Of a stretch of DNA of 64,000 nt, positions 1-9,570 are shown piece after piece; within the stretch, counting starts at the first letter, position 1, and every line of letters begins with the position of its first letter. The notes under the pieces are model-generated. The model was not told the origin of the DNA. It did no database searches and saw only the letters and a list, made by a program, of their open reading frames with translations. Position numbers and translations under genes: made by a program. The stretch is from positions 32,001 through 96,000 of the forward strand of contig CAVRCF010000002.1 in the NCBI GenBank assembly GCA_963719505.1, read 5' to 3'. The stretch is from Halobacteriovoraceae bacterium (GTDB lineage: Bacteria; Bdellovibrionota; Bacteriovoracia; Bacteriovoracales; Bacteriovoracaceae).

Positions 1-1
1 C

Positions 2-2725
2 ACGCCAGATGGAGGAACGTCTTCACTTTTGAACGCTTTAACTTTGACGCCAGCGCCTATTATTACGGGAATCAGTTTTGGAGGTTCGGGAGTGACAGCG
101 CTTCCGGTGGATGGGGTTTTGAATAATGGGGTTTCAAACTTTACTTTAACCCTAGTCGGAAAACATTTAAAAGCAGGACTGTCGGTGAGGCTTGCAGGTA
201 ATACTGCGGGATCTTGTACATTTTTTAATGCAACTCAAGTCCGGTGTACTTCTTTGCCATCAGTTACAACAGCGGGTGGATTTAATTTTAATATTACTAA
301 CAATGACGGGCAGAGTTCAAGTTTTAATACGAGCTTTGTCGATAAGCCTGTTGTCTCAGATTTCTCTCCAGCGAGAACCGCTTTTACGGGGGGAGATGTA
401 ACGATCAATGGTGTTGGGTTGAGTATTCTTAGTGCACCCTCAGTTGTCATTCATAGGCAGAGTGATTCTAGTCTACTTGCAAATTGTACAGTCTCGAGTT
501 CATCACCACTAGTCTGTACTGCGCCTGATTTGGGTTCTGAAGTGGATGTTTTTTTTAGAATAACAACTGAGTATGGTTATCGTGCCGATAGTGGAATATA
601 TTTTTTTAGTGGAAGTACAGAACTTGGAATAAATGGTGATTTCAATTTAGAAAGAGTTACACTCGGCTCAACATTAGAAAAGAGTTTTATTCTCACAAAT
701 CCTTCTTTAGGTGTTGATATAACTAGTCTTAACTTGGACTTTAGCGCTTTAGGCGGTGCTTATTCATTTGTTTCTTCAACTTGTACCGCAAATCTTAATG
801 CGGGGCAGGTATGCAATTTCGTTGTTAGATTTATGCCAACAGCTCTTGAGTACTATGAATCCGGCAATATTAACATTAGTTATTTTGACGGCTTAACTAA
901 TGTAGCTTCTAGCTACAAGCTTAACGGTTGGGGAATTGAGCTAGAAGTTGGACCACCGGTTATAGATTTTAGCTCTGTCTCTGTTGGTCCGAACCTTCAG
1001 GGTATTGCCCCAAAATTTCTTAAAGGTGTAGTTATTAATAATCGTTCAAATGCTTCGGTTCAGGTAGATATTTCAAGACCATCTGATTTCTCAAATTCAA
1101 CAGATTTTCATTACATGGGTGGTAGTGGCTTTCCAGGGATTTGGCCTACAACACCCGCTGAGGCTTGTCCAGTTTCAGGAGAAATACCACCTAATACTTA
1201 CTGTGTAGCAGCTGTCGAATTTGAACCTCAAAGTTTAGGTGGAAGTACCTCAACATTTTCTCTTAGCTATAATTCAATATACACAACTAAGCCTATTGAA
1301 CTAGTTGGTAATGGAAATGGACTCACGACCACGGTCTGTGATCCTTCCGGAGTACCTTACGGTGCAGGAGATGGAACAAGCATTAATCCTTGGCAACTGT
1401 GTTCAGAAGCCCACATGGTGAGAATGCGAACAAGAATTAATGATACTGATACTGTGGAGGCTAACGATTTTTTTCTGCAAATGAGTGATATTACTTTTAC
1501 ATCTTCTTTTCCTGAGTCAATCGAGATGACTGGTGGGTTATTTGATGGAGGAGGTTACAAACTGATTGATTTTGAAATTAGTAATACAGGTTTAGGAGCG
1601 GCTTCTTTATTGTCAGATAATATTGACGGATACACTAGTCCTTATAGTTGTAATACAACGAGAATGCAGTTGTTAAATCTAAAAATTACAGCCGGTATTG
1701 TAGCTGGGCTTTCATCTTGTAGGAGTTCTAGTGTTGGTAATTCAACACTTCAAGGAGCACTAGTTGGTTCTAGTCGTGTCGGTGGTGTTATTCATCAGGT
1801 TGTCGGCGCAGCTCCGAGCAATACTCAGTATATTGGTACAATAAAAAGCTCCTCGTCCGGTGGTGGTATATATTATGGTTTCAACAATTCTACTGATACT
1901 ACTCAAAATAACTTATTTATTGGATCGGCTGATGTTGTTGGCGGCTTTGGAGGAATAACGATTGGAGGAAGAATTAGTACTATAAATAGCTATGTCTACG
2001 CTGATATCGTTGCAGCTTTAGCGTCAGGGATTAGTGCCAATCAATATGGTGTCCAGGATTCACATTTCTTTGGATCGATAAATGTATCTGGAGATTTTGA
2101 AGGTGTTGGTGCTGCTAGGTACGGCAGCATAGGCGTGGTTCGTTCAAGTTCCAGAGGGACAGTGTCTGGTGGTGGAGGTTTATACTCGGGAGGGGTCAGT
2201 GGCAACTTATCTAGTGCAGTAGGTGTCGAGCAGTCATATTCAACTTTGAAAATAGATTGTCCTTTGGGTTGTGGAGGTTTATCTGGAAGGCACTTAAGTA
2301 CCTCAGTCGGTCTTCAAGATAGCTTTTTTGCCGGGAAGATGAGCTCGGTTATGAGTGGTATTTCTAGCGACAATTCAAGCCTTACACTCGCTCCAGTTGA
2401 ACGAATATATGTGGCAAGTTCAGATATGTTAAGTATTTTAAGTGACTCTGATGATGATGACGCAAATATGATTACTAGAGATCCAGAGGGTTTTGACTTT
2501 AAGGATGTCTTTTACTTGAGAGATTCATCTGCGGGTAATTATGTTTCAACTGGTGTCACTGAGCTCAACAATGCAGAGATGATGAATATTACTAGGTTTA
2601 GAGATATAGGTGGATGGGATTTTAAAGATACTGCCGAGGATGGAGACCCTGCAGTTTGGAAAATGGGAACAGCTGGCTATAAGTACCCCATTCTCGACTG
2701 GATGGAGGACGACTGGATGCCTTAA
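2..2725 (+). CDS. Large surface/adhesin-like protein (IPT/TIG repeats, choice-of-anchor-D/ASH-like Ig domains, C-terminal GLUG-like beta-helix); 5' end lies outside the window
   Basis: Frame is open from base 2 (TPDGG...). IPT/TIG-like ends (TNNDGQ, PVVSDFSP...GGDVTING), Ig-like segments (C..NL.AGQ.C.F.VRF.P), GxGTxxxPW motif, Gly/Ser-rich repeats and a terminal GWDF...VW...YP.L.W typical of GLUG proteins. Confidence 0.7.
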   Translation, partial: TPDGGTSSLLNALTLTPAPIITGISFGGSGVTALPVDGVLNNGVSNFTLTLVGKHLKAGLSVRLAGNTAGSCTFFNATQVRCTSLPSVTTAGGFNFNITNNDGQSSSFNTSFVDKPVVSDFSPARTAFTGGDVTINGVGLSILSAPSVVIHRQSDSSLLANCTVSSSSPLVCTAPDLGSEVDVFFRITTEYGYRADSGIYFFSGSTELGINGDFNLERVTLGSTLEKSFILTNPSLGVDITSLNLDFSALGGAYSFVSSTCTANLNAGQVCNFVVRFMPTALEYYESGNINISYFDGLTNVASSYKLNGWGIELEVGPPVIDFSSVSVGPNLQGIAPKFLKGVVINNRSNASVQVDISRPSDFSNSTDFHYMGGSGFPGIWPTTPAEACPVSGEIPPNTYCVAAVEFEPQSLGGSTSTFSLSYNSIYTTKPIELVGNGNGLTTTVCDPSGVPYGAGDGTSINPWQLCSEAHMVRMRTRINDTDTVEANDFFLQMSDITFTSSFPESIEMTGGLFDGGGYKLIDFEISNTGLGAASLLSDNIDGYTSPYSCNTTRMQLLNLKITAGIVAGLSSCRSSSVGNSTLQGALVGSSRVGGVIHQVVGAAPSNTQYIGTIKSSSSGGGIYYGFNNSTDTTQNNLFIGSADVVGGFGGITIGGRISTINSYVYADIVAALASGISANQYGVQDSHFFGSINVSGDFEGVGAARYGSIGVVRSSSRGTVSGGGGLYSGGVSGNLSSAVGVEQSYSTLKIDCPLGCGGLSGRHLSTSVGLQDSFFAGKMSSVMSGISSDNSSLTLAPVERIYVASSDMLSILSDSDDDDANMITRDPEGFDFKDVFYLRDSSAGNYVSTGVTELNNAEMMNITRFRDIGGWDFKDTAEDGDPAVWKMGTAGYKYPILDWMEDDWMP

Positions 2726-3007
2726 CTCTAGTTTATTCCAGTAATTTAAGCTACTTATTTACGTTCGCTTTGATTGATCAAGTTTGATAAAATTAAAAAA
2801 AATCAGAAATCTAAAGCTTTTTTCTTCACGCACTTAGTTGTCGCTAGCAAAACGTATAGAGACTAGACACTTTTTTATTTAGTGTTACTAAATTACAATC
2901 CTATATCTTCGGTCCCTTAAATACTGTATATTTGTCTTATAACTTAATCAACGGTTTAAGTCGTCTATGGTAAGACTTTGTAATCAGACTCAAGCCAAAG
3001 GAAAATT

Positions 3008-3547
3008 ATGAAATTATTAATTACTTTCGTTGGGATTGTCTCATTTATTGGTTCAGCATTCGCATCCTCTTCTTCGCTACATATGAAAAGAACTATTCAA
3101 GAGTGCATATCTGCTGACAAGGTTGAGCTTCAAGAAAATGGCTATTTAAGAATATCTGTGTCTCCAACAAAAATTAAAGACCTGAGGGATCATACATTAG
3201 TAGGTATAAATTCTAAAGAAGAATCAGTTCGCGTTTACAACCAACTCGTTCACTCTAGCATGAGTATGTCTCCAGATGAGTTTCAAGCTGAAGATTTCAT
3301 GAATAGTACCTATAGACTGAACGAAGGAGATATGACGACGAGGAGACAATTACTTCTTTCAAGTCTTAAGTCCTCTAATGCAGAAGTTGGACAATTGGTA
3401 CAAGATTCATTAGTTAAGGCTTATAGTGGTAACTCTGGTGCAAAAAATAAACTTATTGCATATTACATTTTTGAGTTGATGTGGGCTTGTGAGAACAACG
3501 ATTCTAGTGATACGAAGTTAGTGAAGATAAACATGAGAAATATTTAA
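3008..3547 (+). CDS. Secreted hypothetical protein
   Basis: AGGA RBS, Sec signal peptide ending in SAFA, 179 aa. Confidence 0.75.
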   Translation: MKLLITFVGIVSFIGSAFASSSSLHMKRTIQECISADKVELQENGYLRISVSPTKIKDLRDHTLVGINSKEESVRVYNQLVHSSMSMSPDEFQAEDFMNSTYRLNEGDMTTRRQLLLSSLKSSNAEVGQLVQDSLVKAYSGNSGAKNKLIAYYIFELMWACENNDSSDTKLVKINMRNI

Positions 3548-3553
3548 AAAAAT

Positions 3554-3584
3554 TGAATAGTGCGGTTTTTTTCTGCACTATTCA
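3554..3584. terminator. Bidirectional intrinsic terminator between convergent genes
   Basis: Stem TGAATAGTGCGG / CTGCACTATTCA between the stops at 3547 and 3585. Confidence 0.65.
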
Positions 3585-4502
3585 CTAATGATTTATAAGC
3601 TTTTTACCGTAATCAATTTTTATAACTTTATCAGTTTTCATGGCCTTTTCAGGCACTAGTTTATCAATGTAATTGAGCCATTGCTTGCACTGAGGTGTTA
3701 AAGCATTTTTTTTGTTAAAGCTATAAACTTGGTCGCAACTCTTTGGTGTAGATTCTATATTTTCAGTTAATCCACATCCTTTGAGGGGTTGAAAACTATT
3801 TAGGACTCTAAGTTCTTCTCTGTAATCCTCATTTAGGTCTTTACTTTTAAAGTGGCTGGGATAAGTAGTGGTATAAGCCTCACGCCTCATCTGGTAGATT
3901 TTATTATTGAGGTCCCTATTAACACACTTAAACTTTATTTGCACCATTGGACATCTCTGAAGCATCTGAGAGTCTTCAGCGTATTGAAAAAGTTTGAGCC
4001 ATTGATATTGTACTAATCGCATAAAACCTACATGGTGGTTCTTGATAATAGGTTTGAATTCTTCTCTCATAACTGCGTTGTATGCATTAATGACTGATGG
4101 AATTGATGTTTCGTTTCCAGTGAACTTAACAGGGTTTAAACCTGAGTTTTGGCGGGATGAATCACCACCTCTTGAATAATCACCATTTAGACCAACTTGC
4201 AGCCGCCAGTACTGAGGGGAGATTTTTACTCCAGCTTTTTGATTAATATTACAACCCATTCCAGTTCCAACGAGATTATTGTTAGTTAAGTATGAGTGAG
4301 GGTTATCGGAGTGTCCCCAAGCGAGAGTGAGTTCACAAACATTGGCGCTAGCGGCATCGTTTAAAAATTTTTGCTCTATTTCCTCTGTTGACGTTGGTAA
4401 GTTGGAGATAGAGTCAATAATTGTAGGTCTAGTTGCAGCTATACTTTCCTCTTGGGATTGGCACAAAGAGCTAAATAAGATTAGTATAAGGATGTAAATC
4501 AT
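3585..4502 (-). CDS. Secreted Cys-containing hypothetical protein
   Basis: Start revised to the ATG at 4502 (GGAG RBS, signal peptide MIYILILILFSSLCQS). Confidence 0.7.
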   Translation of the reverse strand: MIYILILILFSSLCQSQEESIAATRPTIIDSISNLPTSTEEIEQKFLNDAASANVCELTLAWGHSDNPHSYLTNNNLVGTGMGCNINQKAGVKISPQYWRLQVGLNGDYSRGGDSSRQNSGLNPVKFTGNETSIPSVINAYNAVMREEFKPIIKNHHVGFMRLVQYQWLKLFQYAEDSQMLQRCPMVQIKFKCVNRDLNNKIYQMRREAYTTTYPSHFKSKDLNEDYREELRVLNSFQPLKGCGLTENIESTPKSCDQVYSFNKKNALTPQCKQWLNYIDKLVPEKAMKTDKVIKIDYGKKLINH

Positions 4503-4632
4503 AAATCTCCTCGATTTGATAATTACAAGAAAGATCATCTCATGTTTTGACTTACAGTAATAAGTATTTTTTTGTCGGAAAGAAATACTTTTATCTCAAT
4601 TCGAGTCTTCTCTGTCTGAAAGAGTCAAGTTT

Positions 4633-4659
4633 TAATGATTTTAATTATTCTGCCGATAA
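4633..4659 (+). promoter_or_regulatory. sigma28/FliA-type promoter
   Basis: TAAT-N15-GCCGATAA, 52 nt upstream of the ATG at 4711. Confidence 0.65.
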
Positions 4660-4710
4660 GGTTTAGTGGGCTATATATGGCCTTTTACTAAAAATTTGGA
4701 GTTAAGAGAG

Positions 4711-6420
4711 ATGATAAGAATTCTTCTGATTTTATGCTTTGTGGTTTCAAGCATGGCTTTTGCACAAGATAAGCCTTTAGTAGGTTTTGAGGTTGAAGGT
4801 TACCTGAAGTCGTCTGACTACTTTAAAGAATCAAATTCCTCTACAATGATGAAGAAGACAGCCGAGTCTCTTCATAAGACCCTCTCTGAAAAGTACGAAA
4901 ATACTGTCTTAAGACAAAATAATAGTAAGCTATGGGAGGTAGAAGTAACTAATAATGATGGTAAGAGTCTAAAGTTTGAGGTCACCCAAGATATGAGTGT
5001 TGTGACTCCTTATGAAGTCGCTAATCCTAATGTAGTTGATGCTGGTTTAGAAGTAAGATCTATAGGAGGACAAAGGTATGATGGCTTTACTAAAGATGTG
5101 TATAGCCTTATTTCTGATCCAAGTTCGGAATTTTCTAAATCTTTTACGACTGATAATAAAATTGACATGGGATTTAAAAAAACTTCGACAGAAAGTGGTT
5201 TGCATTTATGGAGAGGGATATATGAAAAAGGCGTTCAAGACTTCAATTTGGATCATCTAGATCAAACTGACAGCTTTGTTAAGCAAACTGAAAAGCTTAC
5301 AACTTTTCTAGAATCTTACCAAAAAAATTACAATTCAATTGTAGATGGAACTATTAATGACCCTAAAAGAGGTCAATTTCCATTTAATAAAACACTCAAA
5401 AGTAAAGATTTAGAAAGAATAGGTGAGGTTGTAGTAAGACTGAAGGAGCTTAGTACTCAATTTAATAAAATCATTCCTGAGACACCTTTGAAAAAATACA
5501 CTCGTAAGCAAATTGCTTTAGAAATGAAAGACATCGTCTCAAATTTAGCTGAAAAGCCTAAAGAAGGATTGAACTCATCTTCCAGACTATCACTATCTAA
5601 ATCAAAGGTTCTTAATCTAGGTGGGTTAGTAGACAAAGGCGCTGTTGAGATGAGAAATTTTGATTCTCAGGAATTTGTGAGATTAATTGAACATTTGGAC
5701 AAAATTGATAATCTGATTGAGGGTAAATCTCTGCCTTCAGTCAAAAAGCATTTTTCAAACAGTGAATTAAAAATTATTGATCCAGCAGGTAAAAAATCAT
5801 TGCCAAAAGAAAAAATAATGTGTGATCCTGAATTGCGTGGTGTTAAACCTGGGCTTCATGCGATTAATCCTATCCTTGAAGTATTGGATGTCGTAATGAC
5901 GGCGAAAAATATGACGGCATCAAGTTTTGATGAGCGCTTCATCACATGTGAAAGTGCAAGATTAAGAATGGGTAACTTGTATTGTAAAAGGCAGTACTGG
6001 GCAAATGAGTCTTTACCGCTTACAACAGTTTTTAATGATCGAAAATACTATCTTTGTGAAATGTACGTAAATTCTTATCTCTCTCCAATTTCTGTTACTC
6101 CAAAGGGTGAAGATGAAAAAGTAAAGGCATGTCCAATCAGAGGGCTTCATTTTATTGTGTCTCTTGATAAAGAAAACGAATTGAACTACATAGATAAGGA
6201 GAGCTTGCTTGTTCTAAAAAGTGGCTACGAATTTCTTGTCGATAGTGAAAAATTTCACAATGATGTTAACCGCGTGATAGGTGAAATAGAAGAATTTTTT
6301 AAGGAGTATAAATCGCTTAAAATTGAGACAGAGTGGAAAAAAACTCACGATATGCCCTCACGAAAGACGATTATAGAGCTTTTGGAACGAGATGCAAAGG
6401 AGTCTTCGCTCAGGAGCTAA
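4711..6420 (+). CDS. Secreted putative amidoligase (COOH-NH2 ligase / glutamine-synthetase-like fold, Amidoligase_2-like)
   Basis: Signal peptide MIRILLILCFVVSSMAFA, then ordered motifs GFEVE, D.SV, GLEVRS, SGLHL and LNL..L...G.VEMR.FDS. Confidence 0.55.
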   Translation: MIRILLILCFVVSSMAFAQDKPLVGFEVEGYLKSSDYFKESNSSTMMKKTAESLHKTLSEKYENTVLRQNNSKLWEVEVTNNDGKSLKFEVTQDMSVVTPYEVANPNVVDAGLEVRSIGGQRYDGFTKDVYSLISDPSSEFSKSFTTDNKIDMGFKKTSTESGLHLWRGIYEKGVQDFNLDHLDQTDSFVKQTEKLTTFLESYQKNYNSIVDGTINDPKRGQFPFNKTLKSKDLERIGEVVVRLKELSTQFNKIIPETPLKKYTRKQIALEMKDIVSNLAEKPKEGLNSSSRLSLSKSKVLNLGGLVDKGAVEMRNFDSQEFVRLIEHLDKIDNLIEGKSLPSVKKHFSNSELKIIDPAGKKSLPKEKIMCDPELRGVKPGLHAINPILEVLDVVMTAKNMTASSFDERFITCESARLRMGNLYCKRQYWANESLPLTTVFNDRKYYLCEMYVNSYLSPISVTPKGEDEKVKACPIRGLHFIVSLDKENELNYIDKESLLVLKSGYEFLVDSEKFHNDVNRVIGEIEEFFKEYKSLKIETEWKKTHDMPSRKTIIELLERDAKESSLRS

Positions 6421-6667
6421 TACATCATTGGAAGTAAAAAAAGACAGCTTTAATTGATTAGACTGTTAGGGATCTGTTTCATTTCCATGCTTCAGATTAA
6501 AATCTATACTATCCGGAAACCAAGCTTCTTCTATTATCAAAGTTAATGCTTTGTATTGGAAATAACATCTTTTAATAATGAGTAAAAAATACTTATTTTC
6601 ACGATGAATATTTCATATGAGAACAAAAGTGCTAGATATAGTATAAACATTTAGCCCCGAGGATTTT

Positions 6668-7021
6668 ATGAAAAAAACATTACTATTATTATTATTGTTA
6701 ACAGGATTTACTGTTCAAGCATCAGAAGCTAGCCCTCTAAGCCAAGAAACAAAAGAATTGATTTTCGATGCAATCACTCAATATGTGTACTTTGAAGATG
6801 ACGGATTCGAGAGAACTCCACAAAGATTAGATGATTTTATTTTTACAATAGTGGATGACCTTACAGTTAGAGCCGTTGGAATCTCTTATAGCATATGGGA
6901 TGTAAAGGATATCGGATATTTTTGTGATATAACTGTATCGACAGATTCTTCTCGTGGAAATTCTAAAACTATTTCAGTTAAATCGTGCTCATTAGAAGGT
7001 GAGAACTGGCCTCACTTGTAA
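6668..7021 (+). CDS. Small secreted hypothetical protein
   Basis: GAGG RBS, signal peptide ending in VQA, two Cys. Confidence 0.75.
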   Translation: MKKTLLLLLLLTGFTVQASEASPLSQETKELIFDAITQYVYFEDDGFERTPQRLDDFIFTIVDDLTVRAVGISYSIWDVKDIGYFCDITVSTDSSRGNSKTISVKSCSLEGENWPHL

Positions 7022-7295
7022 GAAATCATAGAGAGTTTTATCTTTCGTTCGGTTCATATAGATGCTTTACTTTCAACACAGTGTCAGTCTTTCTATCGGC
7101 TATTAGTATGATCATAAAACTCTAGTTTTCACACTGAATTACTCTATATTGAAGTGTTCATTGATAGCTTAATGTTTAGTTATAGCTTTTATTAAGCATA
7201 GCTCTGGACTGCGGTCGTAATATCGGAGTCCAACATACTTATTTAAAGCCCTGAAAATAGGTCAATTCTTAAATCTGATATAATCAATTTAGGAG

Positions 7296-7697
7296 TTGAA
7301 AATGACAAAAAGAAACAGAAAAACATTTACCAAAGAGCAAAAAGACTGGGCCGTCGACGAATTCATTGCCGGAAGCCTCAGTGTCGATCAAATTGCAGAG
7401 CAACTCAGAGCTGAACCTCAATACATTTATCGATGGAAAGTTCTCAGAGAAGAAAAACTTAAAGGTCTCAGAGTTGAAGAGCTAACAGCTCGCGGAAATT
7501 CTATCGAGGAATCACAAAGGATTTTTGAACTTGAGCTCGAAGTTGATGCCTATAAAAAGAAATTTGCCGAACAAGTTCTCATAAGTGACCTTTTAAAAAA
7601 ACTCCTGAAGTATCCACCCTTACAACGAGAGAGCGAATTGACTGAGTTACTAAAAACTATAAAAGCACAGGAACTAAAAAGAAGGCAATCCAAATAA
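7296..7697 (+). CDS. IS3-family transposase OrfA (HTH + coiled coil)
   Basis: RKTFTKEQK...AV...IA..L......IYRWK HTH and a C-terminal leucine-zipper-like segment. Confidence 0.9.
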   Translation: MKMTKRNRKTFTKEQKDWAVDEFIAGSLSVDQIAEQLRAEPQYIYRWKVLREEKLKGLRVEELTARGNSIEESQRIFELELEVDAYKKKFAEQVLISDLLKKLLKYPPLQRESELTELLKTIKAQELKRRQSK

Positions 7698-8518
7698 TGG
7701 AGCTATCATCATCTACTTATTATGAAGATTCAAAAGTTAGCAGGGCAGAAAAAGAAGAACATGATGCTGATATTCGAGGTAAAGTTGAACAGCTAAGAGT
7801 AGCGTTTCCAAGAGCCGGTTACAGGCCATTACTACAGCACTTAAAAAGAAATGGTGTCTCAGTTGGAGAAACTCGTTTAAGACGAATTCTTGGTGAATCA
7901 GGGCTCTTTTTAAAGCCTAAAAGAAAGTATATGAGAACAACGATGTCAGATCACGATGAACTTGTTCATCCAAATTTGATTCAAGGGATGACTATTGATG
8001 GAGTTAATCAAGTTTGGGCCGGAGATATAACTTATATTCGAATTAACAATGGATTTGTTTTCCTGGCAGTCCTTCTTGATCTTTATTCACGTAAAGTTAT
8101 CGGTTGGTCAGTCTCTAAAAGAATTGATGGACAGTTAACATTGGATGCTTTGAAGATGGCGATCAAGCGAAGGCAGCCACCAGATGGAGTTATTCATCAT
8201 ACAGACAGAGGAGTTCAGTATCTCTGTGAAAAATATGTAAAAGAATTGAAGGAAAATAATTTTCACCTATCTTGTTCTCGAAAAGGAAATCCTTATGACA
8301 ACGCTTGGTCAGAATCTTTTATGAAAACTTTAAAGTACGAAGAAGTTTTTTTGAGGAAGTACGATACATTTTTAGACGTGATTGATAAGCTGCCATATTT
8401 TATTGAAGAAGTTTATAATAAGAAAAGATTGCATTCATCTTTGAATTACTTGCCACCGGAAGAATTTGAAGATATTTACACTGAAGAAAAAAATGATCGA
8501 CCTGTTTTTATACTTTAG
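7697..8518 (+). CDS. IS3-family transposase OrfB (rve integrase core, DDE)
   Basis: WAGDITYI, HHTDRGVQY, DNAWSESF..TLKYE and YN..RLHSSL.Y..P motifs. Lies in the -1 frame relative to orfA with a TAATG overlap. Confidence 0.95.
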   Translation: MELSSSTYYEDSKVSRAEKEEHDADIRGKVEQLRVAFPRAGYRPLLQHLKRNGVSVGETRLRRILGESGLFLKPKRKYMRTTMSDHDELVHPNLIQGMTIDGVNQVWAGDITYIRINNGFVFLAVLLDLYSRKVIGWSVSKRIDGQLTLDALKMAIKRRQPPDGVIHHTDRGVQYLCEKYVKELKENNFHLSCSRKGNPYDNAWSESFMKTLKYEEVFLRKYDTFLDVIDKLPYFIEEVYNKKRLHSSLNYLPPEEFEDIYTEEKNDRPVFIL

Positions 8519-8591
8519 CGTGTTGGTGTCCGATCAGACGACCGCAGTCCACTCTCTAGTACTAAACTTTTATTAAAAGGTTTTTTTATTG

Positions 8592-9536
8592 ATGAAAAAG
8601 ATAGAATATGTTCTATTCCCTACGATTTTGTTATTAATTTTATTTTTTATATATTGTTTCGTTCACTTGGCTAAGGATATAAGCGTCTCAGAGTTAGTAC
8701 CTAAATGGTCAACTCCTGATTCCAAGTTCTTGAAGATTCAAGGTATGGAGGTCCATATTACTGATGAAGGATTAAAGAATAATCAAGATCCCATCGTTCT
8801 TATACACGGCACCTCAGCCTCCCTACACACTTGGGATGGTTGGGTAAAAGAGTTAAAGAACAAGCGTAGAGTCATACGTATTGATTTACCTGGTTTTGGA
8901 TTAACTGGGCCTCACCCAACTAGTAATTATAGCATTGAAAATTATGTTAGAACGATAGTGAGTGTATTAGATAAGCTAAATATTAAGCGTTTTATTATCG
9001 CTGGAAATTCACTAGGAGGTTATGTTTCTTGGATGGCCGCAATTTTAAATCCCGAAAGAGTTTCGAAGCTAATATTAGTCAATTCGAGTGGATATCTCTT
9101 CGAACCTGAATCTGTGCCACTTGCATTTTTACTATCTTATAGTTCTTTGACGAGTTTTTTTACGCAGAAAATACTTCCAAGACACATAGTTAAAAGTAGT
9201 CTTAGAAATGTTTATGGTGATCCTAATTTAGTAAATGAGGATCTTGTTGATAGATACTATCAACTCACTCTTCGTGAAGGGAATCGAATTGCTTTGACTA
9301 AAAGGCTAGGGCAGTTGGAGCCTGGAGCTTACTCTCATAGGATCTCTAAAGTAAAACAGCCTACCCTTATATTGTGGGGCAAAAAAGATAGATTAATTCC
9401 ATTGAAATTTGGTATTAAATTTCATGAACAAATCAATAATAGCAGACTTGTGGTTTTTGATGATTTAGGTCATGTGCCTCAGGAGGAAAATCCTGAGGCA
9501 ACAGTTAAAGAGGTGATAAAGTTTTTAGATAATTGA
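8592..9536 (+). CDS. Alpha/beta fold hydrolase with N-terminal membrane anchor
   Basis: LIHG, DLPGFG, GNSLGG nucleophile elbow, WG..D..IP and GHVPQEE motifs. Confidence 0.9.
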   Translation: MKKIEYVLFPTILLLILFFIYCFVHLAKDISVSELVPKWSTPDSKFLKIQGMEVHITDEGLKNNQDPIVLIHGTSASLHTWDGWVKELKNKRRVIRIDLPGFGLTGPHPTSNYSIENYVRTIVSVLDKLNIKRFIIAGNSLGGYVSWMAAILNPERVSKLILVNSSGYLFEPESVPLAFLLSYSSLTSFFTQKILPRHIVKSSLRNVYGDPNLVNEDLVDRYYQLTLREGNRIALTKRLGQLEPGAYSHRISKVKQPTLILWGKKDRLIPLKFGIKFHEQINNSRLVVFDDLGHVPQEENPEATVKEVIKFLDN

Positions 9537-9570
9537 TTCGTTTAATTTAAATTTACTCTTTTTTATTACT

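Larger units (their letters stand above)
7205..8551 (+). mobile_element. IS3-family insertion sequence (1347 bp)
   Basis: TG...CA ends. 31-bp terminal IRs with 26/31 identity (TGGACTGCGGTCGTaatATCGGAgtCCAACA). 3-bp target duplication CTC at 7202-7204 and 8552-8554. Carries orfA and orfB. Confidence 0.95.
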
